From an uncultured Dictyoglomota bacterium (GTDB lineage: Bacteria; Dictyoglomota; Dictyoglomia; Dictyoglomales; Dictyoglomaceae), in NCBI GenBank assembly GCA_964654465.1, contig CAZZIO010000040.1, positions 32,001 through 96,000 of the forward strand: DNA of 64,000 nucleotides, in the 5' to 3' direction. The position numbers and the translations under genes were made by a program. Numbering within the stretch: the stretch's first letter is position 1; the number at the start of each line of letters is the position of its first letter. Below are positions 19,580 to 30,360 of this stretch, one piece after another. Below the pieces are notes generated by a model. It was not told the origin of the DNA. It saw only the letters and a list, made by a program, of their open reading frames with translations, and did not search any database.

Positions 19580-22063
19580 ATGAAAGTTGTTGTAATGGCA
19601 GGGGGAGAGGGAACAAGATTAAGACCTCTAACCATCACACGTCCCAAACCTATGACCCACATTGTTGGTAAACCTATAATGGAACATATTATTAACCTTC
19701 TTTCAGAACAGGGTTTTAAAGAATTTATTGCCACTTTATATTATTTACCTGAAATCATCCAAGAATATTTTAATGATGGGTCCAATTGGAACATAAAACT
19801 CGATTATTCTATTGAAGAATCTCCTCTCGGTACAGCTGGAAGTGTAAAATATGCCCTTAAGGATAAGGAAAAGGGAAGAATTTTAATAGTAAGTGGAGAT
19901 GCCTTAACAGATTTTAACTTTCAAGAAATTATAAGATTCCATGAAGAAAAAAAAGCCTTAATTACAATTGTATTAACAAGTGTAGAAAATCCTCTAGAGT
20001 ATGGCGTGGTAATTACAGATGATGAGGGAAGAATAGTTAAATTTTTAGAAAAACCCAGTTGGGGAGAGGTATTTAGTGATACGGTTAATACAGGTATATA
20101 CATTTTGGAACCTGAGGTTTTAGATTATATACCAGAAAATGAGCCCTTTGATTTTAGTAAAGACCTATTCCCAATGCTTCTTGAAAAAGGTGCACCTTTA
20201 TATGGTTATATAGCAAATGGATATTGGTGTGATATAGGAAATTTAGAACAATTCCTCAAAGCCAATATTGATATACTAACTGGTAAAGTAAAAATAAAGA
20301 TTCCAGGTAGAGAAATTCTTCCTGGTATCTTTGTAAACGAAGATGTGGACATTTCTCACTCAGCCTTTATTAAGCCGCCCGTCTACATTGGCCAATTTTC
20401 AAAAATAAAAGAAAATGCAACTATTCTTGGACCAACAGTTTTAGGAGATTCTGTATTTGTAGATAGCGAAGCCAAGATTCAAAGAAGTGTGATATTTAAT
20501 AATACCTATATAGGTAAAAAAACAAATATTTATTCATCCATAATAGGTAGTAAATGTAATATAAAAAACTCCGTAAAAATAGAAGAAGGAGCAAGCATAG
20601 GTGACAACAATACAATAGGAGATAGAGTATTTATTAATACAGGAGTTAAAATATGGCCCAATAAATATATAGAGACTGGATCCATTGTTAATACAAGTAT
20701 TGTCTGGGGAAGCCATTGGAGAAAAACCCTCTTTGGTCAAAGGGGAATTACAGGAAAAATAAATATAGAAATAACCCCTGAATTTGCAACTAAAATAGGC
20801 GCGTCTTTTGGTACCATACTTCCCAAATCATCTTATGTGGTAATGAGTAGAGATGCAAGGCCAGCTTGTAGAATGATAAAAAGAGCTATTTTAACAGGTA
20901 TTCTCTCTACAGGTGTAAATGTGTTTGATATAAGGACCCTTCCAATACCCGTATCCAGATATGCTACCCCAAATTTGGATACTGTTGCAGGCGTTCATAT
21001 AAGAATATCACCTTATGATCCTGAAAAAATATTAATAGAATTTTTTGATAGATCAGGTATTAACATTGATAAAAATACTGAAAGAAAAATAGAAAATACT
21101 TTCTTCAGAGAAGATTTTAGAAGAACTTATACAGAAGAAGTAGGAGAAATAAAATTTCCTCCGCATGTAATAGAATATTATACATGGGGATTACTTAAAT
21201 CAATAGATAAATCAAGTATTGAGAAAAAAAGATATAAAGTTGTAATTGATTATCAAGGAAATAGCGCTTCTTTATTCTTACCCAATATACTCTCCCAATT
21301 AAAGATAGAAAACATATCTCTTAACATATATGGAGAAGATACACATAAAATAAAGGTTCCCAATGAAGAAGTTATTAAAATTACAAAGGCTGTTGGGGCT
21401 GATTTTGGCTTAATTATCAATAATGACGGTGAAAGTTTCTCAATCATAACACCAGGGGGAAAATATCTTGCAAAAGATGAGTTAATCGCAGTTCTCACCT
21501 ATCTTACATTAAAACTTTATCCAAACTCGCAAATAGTCATACCGGTGAATATTTCCCAATCAATAGAAAAGATAGCTAATAATTTAGGAGGAAGAATAAT
21601 AAGAAGCAAAATTTCACCTTCTGAATTAACAAAAACTTTATTAAGAACAGAATCCAAATTTGGAGCTAGTGAAGATGGCCTTATATTTCCTGATTTTCAA
21701 CCTGTTTTTGATGGAATATATGGTCTATTAAAGTTTCTTGAAATCTATTCAAAGAATAATCTCACACTAAAAGAATTAGTAGAAGAATTACCAGAATATT
21801 TCAAAGTAAAAGCTACGGTAGATTGTTATGCAGAAAATAAAGGAAAAATCATGAGAAAGCTTATAGAAGAGAATGCTGAAAAAAACATAGAATATATAGA
21901 TGGAATAAAAGTATATATAGATGATTCTTGGGTACTTATTATTCCACACCCAGAAGAGCCCGCTCTTATAATATATGCTGAATCTACAACTCTAAAGAAG
22001 GCTCAAGAACTATTGGAGGAATTCAGCCAAAAGATTAAAGATTTAAATATAGCTTTAACCTAA
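19580..22063 (+). CDS. Mannose-1-phosphate guanylyltransferase-like nucleotidyltransferase fused to a phosphohexomutase-like domain
   Basis: MAGGEGTRLRPLT, PLGTAGSV, FLEKP, left-handed beta-helix repeats, then LFGQRGITG...PGM/PMM fold. Confidence 0.9.
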   Translation: MKVVVMAGGEGTRLRPLTITRPKPMTHIVGKPIMEHIINLLSEQGFKEFIATLYYLPEIIQEYFNDGSNWNIKLDYSIEESPLGTAGSVKYALKDKEKGRILIVSGDALTDFNFQEIIRFHEEKKALITIVLTSVENPLEYGVVITDDEGRIVKFLEKPSWGEVFSDTVNTGIYILEPEVLDYIPENEPFDFSKDLFPMLLEKGAPLYGYIANGYWCDIGNLEQFLKANIDILTGKVKIKIPGREILPGIFVNEDVDISHSAFIKPPVYIGQFSKIKENATILGPTVLGDSVFVDSEAKIQRSVIFNNTYIGKKTNIYSSIIGSKCNIKNSVKIEEGASIGDNNTIGDRVFINTGVKIWPNKYIETGSIVNTSIVWGSHWRKTLFGQRGITGKINIEITPEFATKIGASFGTILPKSSYVVMSRDARPACRMIKRAILTGILSTGVNVFDIRTLPIPVSRYATPNLDTVAGVHIRISPYDPEKILIEFFDRSGINIDKNTERKIENTFFREDFRRTYTEEVGEIKFPPHVIEYYTWGLLKSIDKSSIEKKRYKVVIDYQGNSASLFLPNILSQLKIENISLNIYGEDTHKIKVPNEEVIKITKAVGADFGLIINNDGESFSIITPGGKYLAKDELIAVLTYLTLKLYPNSQIVIPVNISQSIEKIANNLGGRIIRSKISPSELTKTLLRTESKFGASEDGLIFPDFQPVFDGIYGLLKFLEIYSKNNLTLKELVEELPEYFKVKATVDCYAENKGKIMRKLIEENAEKNIEYIDGIKVYIDDSWVLIIPHPEEPALIIYAESTTLKKAQELLEEFSQKIKDLNIALT

Positions 22064-22070
22064 TTTTAAC

Positions 22071-22099
22071 TTGACATTAATATATCTTCAAATTATCTT
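22071..22099 (+). promoter_or_regulatory. Sigma70-type promoter of hppA
   Basis: TTGACA (22071-22076), 17 nt, TATCTT (22094-22099). Confidence 0.65.
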
Positions 22100-22136
22100 A
22101 AAATGAGGTAAAATTTTTTAAAAGGAGGATTAAGAA

Positions 22137-24128
22137 ATGCAGAACCTACTGTGGATTACACCCATTTCAGGCACAATCGGTCTCTTAGTAGCTTTTCTTA
22201 TTGCAAGAAATATTCTTAAAGAAGAAGTGGGACCTACAGAGATCCAAAAAATCATGAAAGCCATACAACAAGGAGCAGATGCATTTCTAAATCGTGAAAT
22301 AAAAACTGTATCAATATTTGCAATAATATTCGGTATTTTTATGGCAATAGTATTACAACCTCTATTAGGATTAGCCTTCATCATTGGTGCAGCCTTTTCT
22401 ATGCTTTCTGGATATATAGGAATGAAGATAGCAACAAGGGCAAATGGAAGAACAACTTATGCTGCCTCTAAATATGGAGTAGGTAAATCTTTGGATATTG
22501 CATTTTCTGGTGGAGCAGTTATGGGACTTATGGAAGCAAGTCTAGGAATCTTTGGTTCAAGTTTAATTTACCTCATTCTTAGCAATTTTATGCCAGATCC
22601 AAGATTAAAGCTTGAAATTATCAGTGGATATGCATTAGGAGCAAGTTTTATTGCCCTTTTTGCTCGTGTGGGTGGTGGTATTTATACAAAGGCTGCAGAT
22701 GTAGGAGCAGATCTTGTTGGTAAAGTGGAAGCAGGAATTCCTGAAGATGATCCAAGAAACCCTGCTGTAATAGCTGATAATGTAGGAGACAATGTAGGAG
22801 ATGTGGCAGGAATGGGAGCAGATTTATATGAATCCTATGTAGGAGCCATACACGCTGGTGCGGTATTAGGATTTGCATACGCTGAGATGAAAGGTCTCCT
22901 TTATCCATTCCTTTTTGCAGTAATAGGTCTTTATGCATCTATTATAGGAATCATCTTTACAAAAGTATATGCTGCAAGGAAAAATGCTGATCCTGCTAAT
23001 GCCTTAAGAAATGGAACCTTTATTGCAGCTATCATCACTATTATTGGATCTTTCTTTTTATCCCAATCACTATTAGGAAATTTAGGTCCTTTCTGGGCAG
23101 GTACTATCGGAATTATTGTGGGTATAGCAATAGGTTTAATAAGCGAATACTATACATCTAATAAACCAATAGAAAGAATTGCATATGCCAGTACTACAGG
23201 TCCAGCTACTAACATTATAACTGGTCTTTCTGTAGGAATGGAAAGTACATTTCTTACTATAGTTGTTTTAGCAATTGGTATATATTTAGCTTATTTAGCT
23301 AATGGCATGTGGGGAATAGGAATCGCAGGAGTTGGAATGCTTGCAACCTTAGGTATTACCCTTTCTGTTGATGCTTATGGACCAATAGCTGATAATGCTA
23401 GTGGAATAGCAGAAATGGCCCACCAAGGAGAAAAAGTCAGAGAAATAACAAGCTCTCTTGACGCTTATGGAAACACTACTGCAGCTATGGGTAAAGGCTT
23501 TGCTATAGGTTCAGCCATATTAACTGCTCTATCTTTGTTTGCTGCTTTTAAAGAATGGGCTCAGATCCAATATATAGATGTATCAAAGGCATCAGTGCTT
23601 GCAGGTACTCTTATTGGTGGAATGCTACCATTTTTATTCTCCGCCCTATCTTTAAAGGCAGTAGGTGAGGCAGCCACTCATATGGTAGAAGAGGTAAGAA
23701 GACAATTTAGAGAAATAAAAGGACTTCTTGAAGGAAAATCAGACCCAGATTATGCAAAATGTGTAGATATAAGTACTCGCGGTGCATTAAAAGCTATGAT
23801 ACTTCCAAGTTTAATTATGATATTATCTCCCTTTATTATTGCATTCTTATTAGGAAAAGAAGCCTTAGGTGGTATGCTTACCGGAGCAACTGTATCTGGA
23901 GGACTTTTAGCCATATTTATGGCAAATGCTGGTGGAGCCTGGGATAATGCTAAAAAACTAATTGAACATGGTAAATTTGGGGGTAAGGGTTCTGATGCTC
24001 ATAAGGCAGCTGTAGTAGGAGATACAGTAGGAGATCCTTTCAAAGATACTGCTGGACCTTCAATCAACATATTAATAAAACTTATGGCTGTAATTTCCCT
24101 TGTATTCTTACCAATATTCTTTCATTAA
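22137..24128 (+). CDS. hppA: Membrane-integral cation-translocating pyrophosphatase, K+-dependent (likely Na+-pumping)
   Basis: [56 protein letters not shown]. Confidence 0.96.
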   Translation: MQNLLWITPISGTIGLLVAFLIARNILKEEVGPTEIQKIMKAIQQGADAFLNREIKTVSIFAIIFGIFMAIVLQPLLGLAFIIGAAFSMLSGYIGMKIATRANGRTTYAASKYGVGKSLDIAFSGGAVMGLMEASLGIFGSSLIYLILSNFMPDPRLKLEIISGYALGASFIALFARVGGGIYTKAADVGADLVGKVEAGIPEDDPRNPAVIADNVGDNVGDVAGMGADLYESYVGAIHAGAVLGFAYAEMKGLLYPFLFAVIGLYASIIGIIFTKVYAARKNADPANALRNGTFIAAIITIIGSFFLSQSLLGNLGPFWAGTIGIIVGIAIGLISEYYTSNKPIERIAYASTTGPATNIITGLSVGMESTFLTIVVLAIGIYLAYLANGMWGIGIAGVGMLATLGITLSVDAYGPIADNASGIAEMAHQGEKVREITSSLDAYGNTTAAMGKGFAIGSAILTALSLFAAFKEWAQIQYIDVSKASVLAGTLIGGMLPFLFSALSLKAVGEAATHMVEEVRRQFREIKGLLEGKSDPDYAKCVDISTRGALKAMILPSLIMILSPFIIAFLLGKEALGGMLTGATVSGGLLAIFMANAGGAWDNAKKLIEHGKFGGKGSDAHKAAVVGDTVGDPFKDTAGPSINILIKLMAVISLVFLPIFFH

Positions 24129-24143
24129 AAATTAAAAGACAAG

Positions 24144-24178
24144 AAAGGGGTGGAAGATATTCTTCCACCCCTTTTTTT
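24144..24178 (+). terminator. Intrinsic terminator after hppA
   Basis: AAAGGGGTGGAAGA-TAT-TCTTCCACCCCTTT followed by a T-run. Confidence 0.9.
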
Positions 24179-24182
24179 ATTC

Positions 24183-24210
24183 TTGACATAAATCTCATAT
24201 ATAATATACT
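24183..24210 (+). promoter_or_regulatory. Sigma70-type promoter of ileS
   Basis: TTGACA (24183-24188), 16 nt, TATACT (24205-24210). Confidence 0.6.
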
Positions 24211-24250
24211 AACCTAAGTCTTTACATATATTTTTGGAAGGAGGGATAAC

Positions 24251-27175
24251 TTGTTCAAGAAACTACCATCACTAATAAACTTCCCACAGATGGAAGAAGA
24301 GATAATGAAATTTTGGAAAGATAGAGATACATTTAAAAAATCCTTAGAAATAAGAAAGGGATCACCCAGATTCAATTTCTATGAGGGACCACCCACTGCC
24401 AACGGTAAACCCCATGCAGGTCATGTTCTACCCAGAATATACAAGGACCTTTTCCCAAGATACAAAACCATGCAAGGATATTACGTGCCAAGAAAAGCAG
24501 GATGGGATACCCATGGGCTTCCTGTAGAGCTTGAGGTAGAAAAAGAGTTGGGTATTAACAGCAAACAAGAAATAGAAAAATACGGGATAGAAGAGTTTAA
24601 TAAAAAATGTAGAGAAAGTGTATTTAGATACGAAAGAGAATGGCGACTATTTACAGAGAGAATTGGTTTCTGGATTGATATGGATAATCCCTATATTACA
24701 TTAAGCAATGACTATATAGAATCAGTCTGGTGGCTTTTAAAAAAAATTTGGGAAAGAGGCTTACTTTATAAAGGATATAAAATTGTCCCTTGGTGTCCAA
24801 GATGCGAAACAGCCCTATCAGATCACGAGGTAGCTCAAGGTTATAAAGAAACAGAAGATCCATCTATTTTTGTAAAATTTAAGATAAAAAATCAAAATGA
24901 TACATATTTTCTTGCATGGACTACAACTCCATGGACCCTTATATCTAATATAGCATTAGCTGTACATCCTGATGAAGATTATGTGAAAGTGAAATATAAT
25001 AACGAATACTACATATTAGCAGAAAAAAGATTAACTTATGTATTTCCAGAAGGAAACTACGAAATAATAGAAAAGTATAAAGGCAAAGATTTAGAAAAAA
25101 CTTATTATGAACCCCTATTCAATTTCTTACCCATCGATAAAGATTCTCATTATGTTGTACTTGGAGATTTTGTAACCTTAGAAGATGGTACAGGAATTGT
25201 CCATATTGCACCAGCCTTTGGAGATGAGGACTTCCAAATAGGGAAAAAATATGATCTTCCCTTCTTACAACCTGTAGATCAAAATGGCAAATTTATAAAA
25301 GAGGTTGAACCATGGGCAGGAATGTTCATAAAAAAAGCTGATCCCTTAATCATTGAAAATCTAAAAAATAGGGGCTTATTATTTAAAGAAGAAAAATATC
25401 TACACTCATATCCATTCTGTTGGAGATGTGATACTCCTCTAATTTATTATGCCAGAGCCTCATGGTATATAAAAACTACCGCAGTAAAAGAAGATTTACT
25501 GAGAAATAATCAAAAAATAAATTGGTATCCAGAACATATTAAAGAAGGAAGATTTGGTAATTGGCTAGCTAATAATATTGATTGGTCGCTAAGTAGAGAA
25601 AGATATTGGGGTACTCCACTACCCATATGGATATGTGAGTCTTGTGGACACCAAGAATGTATAGGAAGCTATAAAGAATTAGGTATCACTGATACAAAAA
25701 ACTTTGATCCTCATAAACCTTATATAGACAAAATTACATTAAAATGTCCAAAATGCGGGGGTACAATGTATAGAGTACCTGAAGTTATTGACTGTTGGTT
25801 TGATTCAGGAGCTATGCCAGTAGCCCAATGGCATTATCCTTTTGAAAATGAGGAAGAATTTAAAGCTTCTTTCCCCGCAGATTTCATATGTGAAGCTATT
25901 GATCAAACAAGAGGATGGTTCTATAGTCTTCTTGCCATATCTACCTTAGTATTTAACAAGCCTGCTTATAATAATGTTCTCGTGACGGAATTAGTGTTAG
26001 ATGAAAAAGGCGAAAAAATGAGTAAACATAAAGGTAATGTAGTTGATCCCTGGCTAATATTGAATAAATACGGGGCAGATGCTTTAAGATGGTATATCTT
26101 TACTGTAAGTCCTCCATGGGTACCACTAAGATTTTCTCCTGATGCTGTAAATGAAGCCCTTAAAAAATTCCTTTTAACCTTATGGAATACTGTTTCTTTC
26201 TTCTCCATTTACGCAGAAATAGATGGTTTTGATCCAACACAAAATAGTATCTCCTTAGAAACACTTGAAGATGTCTCTGATAGATGGATTATATCAAGAC
26301 TAAATAGCTTAATATTAAAAGTAAAAGATGATATGGACAAATTTAATGCTACTTCTGCAGCAAGATCAATACAAAGTTTTGTCATAGATGACCTAAGTAA
26401 CTGGTATATTAGATTAAATAGAGAAAGATTCTGGAAATCTGAAAAAGACAATGATAAATGGTCAGCTTATACAACCACTTATACTGTAATAAAAGAGCTT
26501 ACTAAGCTTTTAGCTCCTTTTATCCCATTTACAACAGAAAAAATATATCAAGAAATAGTTAGGGTAGCAGAAAAGGAAGCTCCCGAAAGTGTGCATCTTT
26601 GTGATTATCCTCAAGGAGAAATTAAATATATAGATCCTGCATTAGAAGCAGATATGGAAATAGTTAGAAATATTGTTACTATAGGAAGAATGCTTAGAAA
26701 TCAAGCAAACATAAAAATAAGACAACCGTTATCAAAGATATGGATAAACACGAAAGGAAATAAAGAAAATCTTGAAAAACTTTATAAATACATAAAGCAA
26801 GAACTTAATGTCAATGACGTAATTTTCGATAATCCAGAGGCAAAAGACAATATATTAATTCATCAAGATGATAATCTCCAAGTAGGATTGGACATAACAA
26901 TAACAGAAGATTTATTAAAGAAAGGAATATTGAGAGAGTTAGAGCATAAAATTCAAATGCTAAGAAAAGAAGCAAAATTAGATTATGCAGATAGAATAAA
27001 ATTCTACTATCAAGGATCTCCTAAAATAAAGGAAATCATAGAAGAAAACAAAGAAGAACTCTCAGAAGAAATTTTGGCTATTGAAATACATGAAGGAGAA
27101 ATACCAGATACTGCTTATAAAAAGAATATAAAAGTGTATGATGAAGAGATATTAGTAGGTTTTGAAAAATTATAA
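24251..27175 (+). CDS. ileS: Isoleucine--tRNA ligase, type 2 (eukaryote/archaea-like)
   Basis: FYEGPPTANGKPHAGH, GWDTHGLPVE, WTTTPWT, DQTRGWFY, KMSKHKGN; TTG start. Confidence 0.96.
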   Translation: MFKKLPSLINFPQMEEEIMKFWKDRDTFKKSLEIRKGSPRFNFYEGPPTANGKPHAGHVLPRIYKDLFPRYKTMQGYYVPRKAGWDTHGLPVELEVEKELGINSKQEIEKYGIEEFNKKCRESVFRYEREWRLFTERIGFWIDMDNPYITLSNDYIESVWWLLKKIWERGLLYKGYKIVPWCPRCETALSDHEVAQGYKETEDPSIFVKFKIKNQNDTYFLAWTTTPWTLISNIALAVHPDEDYVKVKYNNEYYILAEKRLTYVFPEGNYEIIEKYKGKDLEKTYYEPLFNFLPIDKDSHYVVLGDFVTLEDGTGIVHIAPAFGDEDFQIGKKYDLPFLQPVDQNGKFIKEVEPWAGMFIKKADPLIIENLKNRGLLFKEEKYLHSYPFCWRCDTPLIYYARASWYIKTTAVKEDLLRNNQKINWYPEHIKEGRFGNWLANNIDWSLSRERYWGTPLPIWICESCGHQECIGSYKELGITDTKNFDPHKPYIDKITLKCPKCGGTMYRVPEVIDCWFDSGAMPVAQWHYPFENEEEFKASFPADFICEAIDQTRGWFYSLLAISTLVFNKPAYNNVLVTELVLDEKGEKMSKHKGNVVDPWLILNKYGADALRWYIFTVSPPWVPLRFSPDAVNEALKKFLLTLWNTVSFFSIYAEIDGFDPTQNSISLETLEDVSDRWIISRLNSLILKVKDDMDKFNATSAARSIQSFVIDDLSNWYIRLNRERFWKSEKDNDKWSAYTTTYTVIKELTKLLAPFIPFTTEKIYQEIVRVAEKEAPESVHLCDYPQGEIKYIDPALEADMEIVRNIVTIGRMLRNQANIKIRQPLSKIWINTKGNKENLEKLYKYIKQELNVNDVIFDNPEAKDNILIHQDDNLQVGLDITITEDLLKKGILRELEHKIQMLRKEAKLDYADRIKFYYQGSPKIKEIIEENKEELSEEILAIEIHEGEIPDTAYKKNIKVYDEEILVGFEKL

Positions 27176-27194
27176 AAGGGGGTTTAGGAAAGTG

Positions 27195-28085
27195 ATGAAA
27201 TTTAAAAAACTATCAATTATATTTATCATAGTAATTTTAGTAACTACTATCTTTTCCTTTTCTTCAACCTTACCAATATCTATAAAAGATGATATAGGAA
27301 GAGAAATAACCATTAAAGAGTATCCTAAGAGAATTATATCTCTTGCTCCTTCATCAACTGAAATACTTTTTGAAATAGGCGCTGGAGATAGAGTGGTTGG
27401 AGTCACTGATTTTTGTAACTACCCAAAGGAAGCTCAAACAAAAGAGAAAGTAGGAGGTTTTAGCAATCCTAACATAGAAAAAATTATCTCCTTAAAACCA
27501 GATTTAATCGTTCTATACAAAAGTTTTCCAAAGGAAGTTTTTAACCAATTGGAAAAATCTCTACCAAATACTTCATTTATTGTTCTTGATCCAAAAACTT
27601 ATGAAGATGTAATGAAAAATATCATATTAGTAGGTAAGGCCGTAGGAAAAGAAAATGAAGCAAGAAAAGTTTACAACAATATGCTTAATGGATGGTTAGA
27701 GATACAAAAAAGAGTTGCTTCTATAAAGAAATCTCCAAAGGTTCTTTTCTTAATTTGGAATGATCCATTTATATCTGTATCACCTTCCACCTTTCTGGGT
27801 GATCTTTTGAAAAAACTAAAAGCCAAAAATATTGTAGAAAATAATGAGCCAGAATACCCTGTTCTTAGTTTAGAGTCTATTATCTCAAAAAATCCTGATG
27901 TTATAATTATTGGAGAAATGTCAGGTATATCAAAAGAATCCATAATGAATCACCCAATCTTAAAAGATACGAATGCAGTAAAAAATAAAAAAGTTTTTAC
28001 AGTAAATGATGATTTAGTTTTCAGACCAGGCCCAAGACTTGTGGATGGACTTAAAGTACTCTACAAAACTTTATATGAAAATTAA
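27195..28085 (+). CDS. ABC transporter substrate-binding protein, BtuF/FhuD family
   Basis: Signal peptide, PKRIISLAPSSTE, NIEKIISLKPD, RPGPR. Start ATG 27195 preferred. Confidence 0.85.
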   Translation: MKFKKLSIIFIIVILVTTIFSFSSTLPISIKDDIGREITIKEYPKRIISLAPSSTEILFEIGAGDRVVGVTDFCNYPKEAQTKEKVGGFSNPNIEKIISLKPDLIVLYKSFPKEVFNQLEKSLPNTSFIVLDPKTYEDVMKNIILVGKAVGKENEARKVYNNMLNGWLEIQKRVASIKKSPKVLFLIWNDPFISVSPSTFLGDLLKKLKAKNIVENNEPEYPVLSLESIISKNPDVIIIGEMSGISKESIMNHPILKDTNAVKNKKVFTVNDDLVFRPGPRLVDGLKVLYKTLYEN

Positions 28086-29010
28086 GCTTTCTTTTTTATT
28101 AATACTTTTACTTTTTTTAAGTATTATCTCTGTAAAAATAGGAGATATAAAAGGAAATAATGAGGTCCGGGGAGTCATTATATATAACATAAGGTTGCCC
28201 CGGACTCTTTTATCTATTTTTGTCGGTGGAAATCTTGGTATTGCAGGAGCTATTCTTCAGAGTCTTTTCCACAATCCATTAGCAGAACCTCATATTATAG
28301 GCTTATCTTCCGGAGCACTATTAGGTACTACCATATATTTTCTTATGGCTGGAAGTACTTGGGATATTGATCCCCTTTTGACACCTTGGTTTGCTATTTT
28401 AGGTTCGATTTTCGTGCTATTTTTACTTTTAATCTTTAATCAAAGATTTCAAAGTTCAAATACCTTAATACTTTTAGGTGTATCATTAAACTCTTTATTA
28501 TCTTCCTTTACTTCTTTATTACTTTTTTTAAAACAAAAAACTTTTCAAGGTGTTTATTTTTGGATTCTTGGAGGCTTTAATGGCAAATCATGGAATCACT
28601 TTTATATTCTACTTTATTACTCATTAATAAGCATACCATGGGCTTTCTTGTGGAGAAAAAAATTTAATATTCTATTCCTAAGTGAAGAAGAGATATATAG
28701 TCTTGGAATTTCTTTAAAAAAGATCCAACCATTAATAATAATACTTTTAACTATTTTAATAGCCCCATCAGTTGCAGTATCTGGAATGATAGGATTTGTT
28801 GGCCTTATTTCTCCCCATCTAATGAGAGTATGGGAAACAGCAGACTACAAGTGGCTAATACCATCAAGTTACCTTGCAGGATCCATCCTTTTATTATCAT
28901 CGGACATTTTATCAAGAATTCTTTTTTATCCAACAGAAATACCAGTAGGTATAATAACGTCTTTCTTAGGCGTACCATTCTTTATCTATCTTCTTATCAA
29001 AAGACAATGA
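28075..29010 (+). CDS. ABC transporter permease, BtuC/FecCD family
   Basis: IRLPR, LQSLFHNPLAEP, GMIGFVGL, EIPVGIITSFLG. Start ATG 28075. Confidence 0.88.
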   Translation: MKIKLSFLLILLLFLSIISVKIGDIKGNNEVRGVIIYNIRLPRTLLSIFVGGNLGIAGAILQSLFHNPLAEPHIIGLSSGALLGTTIYFLMAGSTWDIDPLLTPWFAILGSIFVLFLLLIFNQRFQSSNTLILLGVSLNSLLSSFTSLLLFLKQKTFQGVYFWILGGFNGKSWNHFYILLYYSLISIPWAFLWRKKFNILFLSEEEIYSLGISLKKIQPLIIILLTILIAPSVAVSGMIGFVGLISPHLMRVWETADYKWLIPSSYLAGSILLLSSDILSRILFYPTEIPVGIITSFLGVPFFIYLLIKRQ

Positions 29011-29792
29011 TAAAATTTTTAAATGTAAGTGCTGGCTACGAAACCAAGAAAATAGTATTAAAGAATTTTACCTGGGAAACACCCGAAAAGGGTTTTATAG
29101 GAATAATTGGCCCTAATGGGGCTGGAAAAAGTACTATTTTTAGATTAATTATAAGGTATATTGTACCTACTTTAGGTGAGATATATTTAAATAATATCAA
29201 TATTAAAAAATATTCACAGGAAAATTTAGCAAAAATTATAGCTCTTCTTCCTCAAAAGCCTATATGGGAACCCTCTTTATCAGTAGAAGAATATATATCC
29301 TTAGGTAGGTATCCTCATCATCCCTCATGGAGACCATTAAGTAAAAAAGATATTATAAGAGTAAATGAAATCATGATATCAACAGATACCATAATGCTTA
29401 AAAAGAAAAAATTACATCAACTTTCGGGAGGAGAATTACAAAGGGTTATTATCGCAAGAATATTAGCCCAAGACCCTCAAATTATCCTTCTAGATGAACC
29501 TACAAATAACTTAGATCCATATTATCAAATAAGCATCTTAGATAAGATTAGAGAATTAAGCAAAGAAATACTTATTATAGCTAACCTACATGACATAAAC
29601 TTAGCCTCTTTTTATACAGACTATATCTTAGCTTTAAGAAATGGTATGGCTCTATCCTTCGGGAAGACAAAAGAAGTATTAAATTGTAATCTTTTAAATC
29701 AACTCTTTAACATAAGATATACAGAAATAAATTATAAAAATAAAAAAATATTTTTACCTTTTCACATTACCAATCAGGAAGAGAAATCTTAG
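29007..29792 (+). CDS. ABC transporter ATP-binding protein, BtuD/FecE family
   Basis: GPNGAGKS, LSGGELQR, LLDEPT, LHDIN. Start ATG 29007 overlaps the permease stop. Confidence 0.9.
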   Translation: MIKFLNVSAGYETKKIVLKNFTWETPEKGFIGIIGPNGAGKSTIFRLIIRYIVPTLGEIYLNNINIKKYSQENLAKIIALLPQKPIWEPSLSVEEYISLGRYPHHPSWRPLSKKDIIRVNEIMISTDTIMLKKKKLHQLSGGELQRVIIARILAQDPQIILLDEPTNNLDPYYQISILDKIRELSKEILIIANLHDINLASFYTDYILALRNGMALSFGKTKEVLNCNLLNQLFNIRYTEINYKNKKIFLPFHITNQEEKS

Positions 29793-30357
29793 AAAGCCTT
29801 CTATCTATAAGCCAGATTCGTATTATAAGGGCAAGTATACCCCCAAATATCACTTGGGAGAACGTTAGAAGATAAAAGAAAGAAAGAACAACTAAAAAAA
29901 TCTTCGTTTCATTTTTTTTTGAAGCAAAAATGAAATGTTTACTTAGAGTAATCTCTCCCTTTACACTACCTGGATATTCTCTGTATATCCAAATATTACT
30001 TAAAAATCCAGGAATATCTAAATAAAAGAAATATAAAGATAGAGTAAATCCTACAATAACCTCATAGATCTCTTTACTGAAACCTTTTTGAGTTGTAAGA
30101 TACCATACAAAAAGTACATATATTATAAGAAACAAATTAAGAAACCAAAATATTAGTCCTCTCTTTTTGGGTGTTTCTTTTTCTTTCTTCTCATCCTTTC
30201 TCCAAGGGGGGACACTCTCTCCTACTCCTTCTACTTTTATATATTTCTTAGCATCCTCTTCATAAGACATACTTTCCCTTTTTTCCAGTATATCATGAAA
30301 TATAATCATAAATAAGACTGCCAAAGGAATAAACCATGGTTCATAAATAAGTCCCAT
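29767..30357 (-). CDS. Hypothetical membrane protein
   Basis: Several hydrophobic segments; SD AAGGAGG at the end of rpe; no recognised motif. Confidence 0.7.
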   Translation of the reverse strand: MGLIYEPWFIPLAVLFMIIFHDILEKRESMSYEEDAKKYIKVEGVGESVPPWRKDEKKEKETPKKRGLIFWFLNLFLIIYVLFVWYLTTQKGFSKEIYEVIVGFTLSLYFFYLDIPGFLSNIWIYREYPGSVKGEITLSKHFIFASKKNETKIFLVVLSFFYLLTFSQVIFGGILALIIRIWLIDRRLSKISLPDW

Positions 30358-30360
30358 TTA

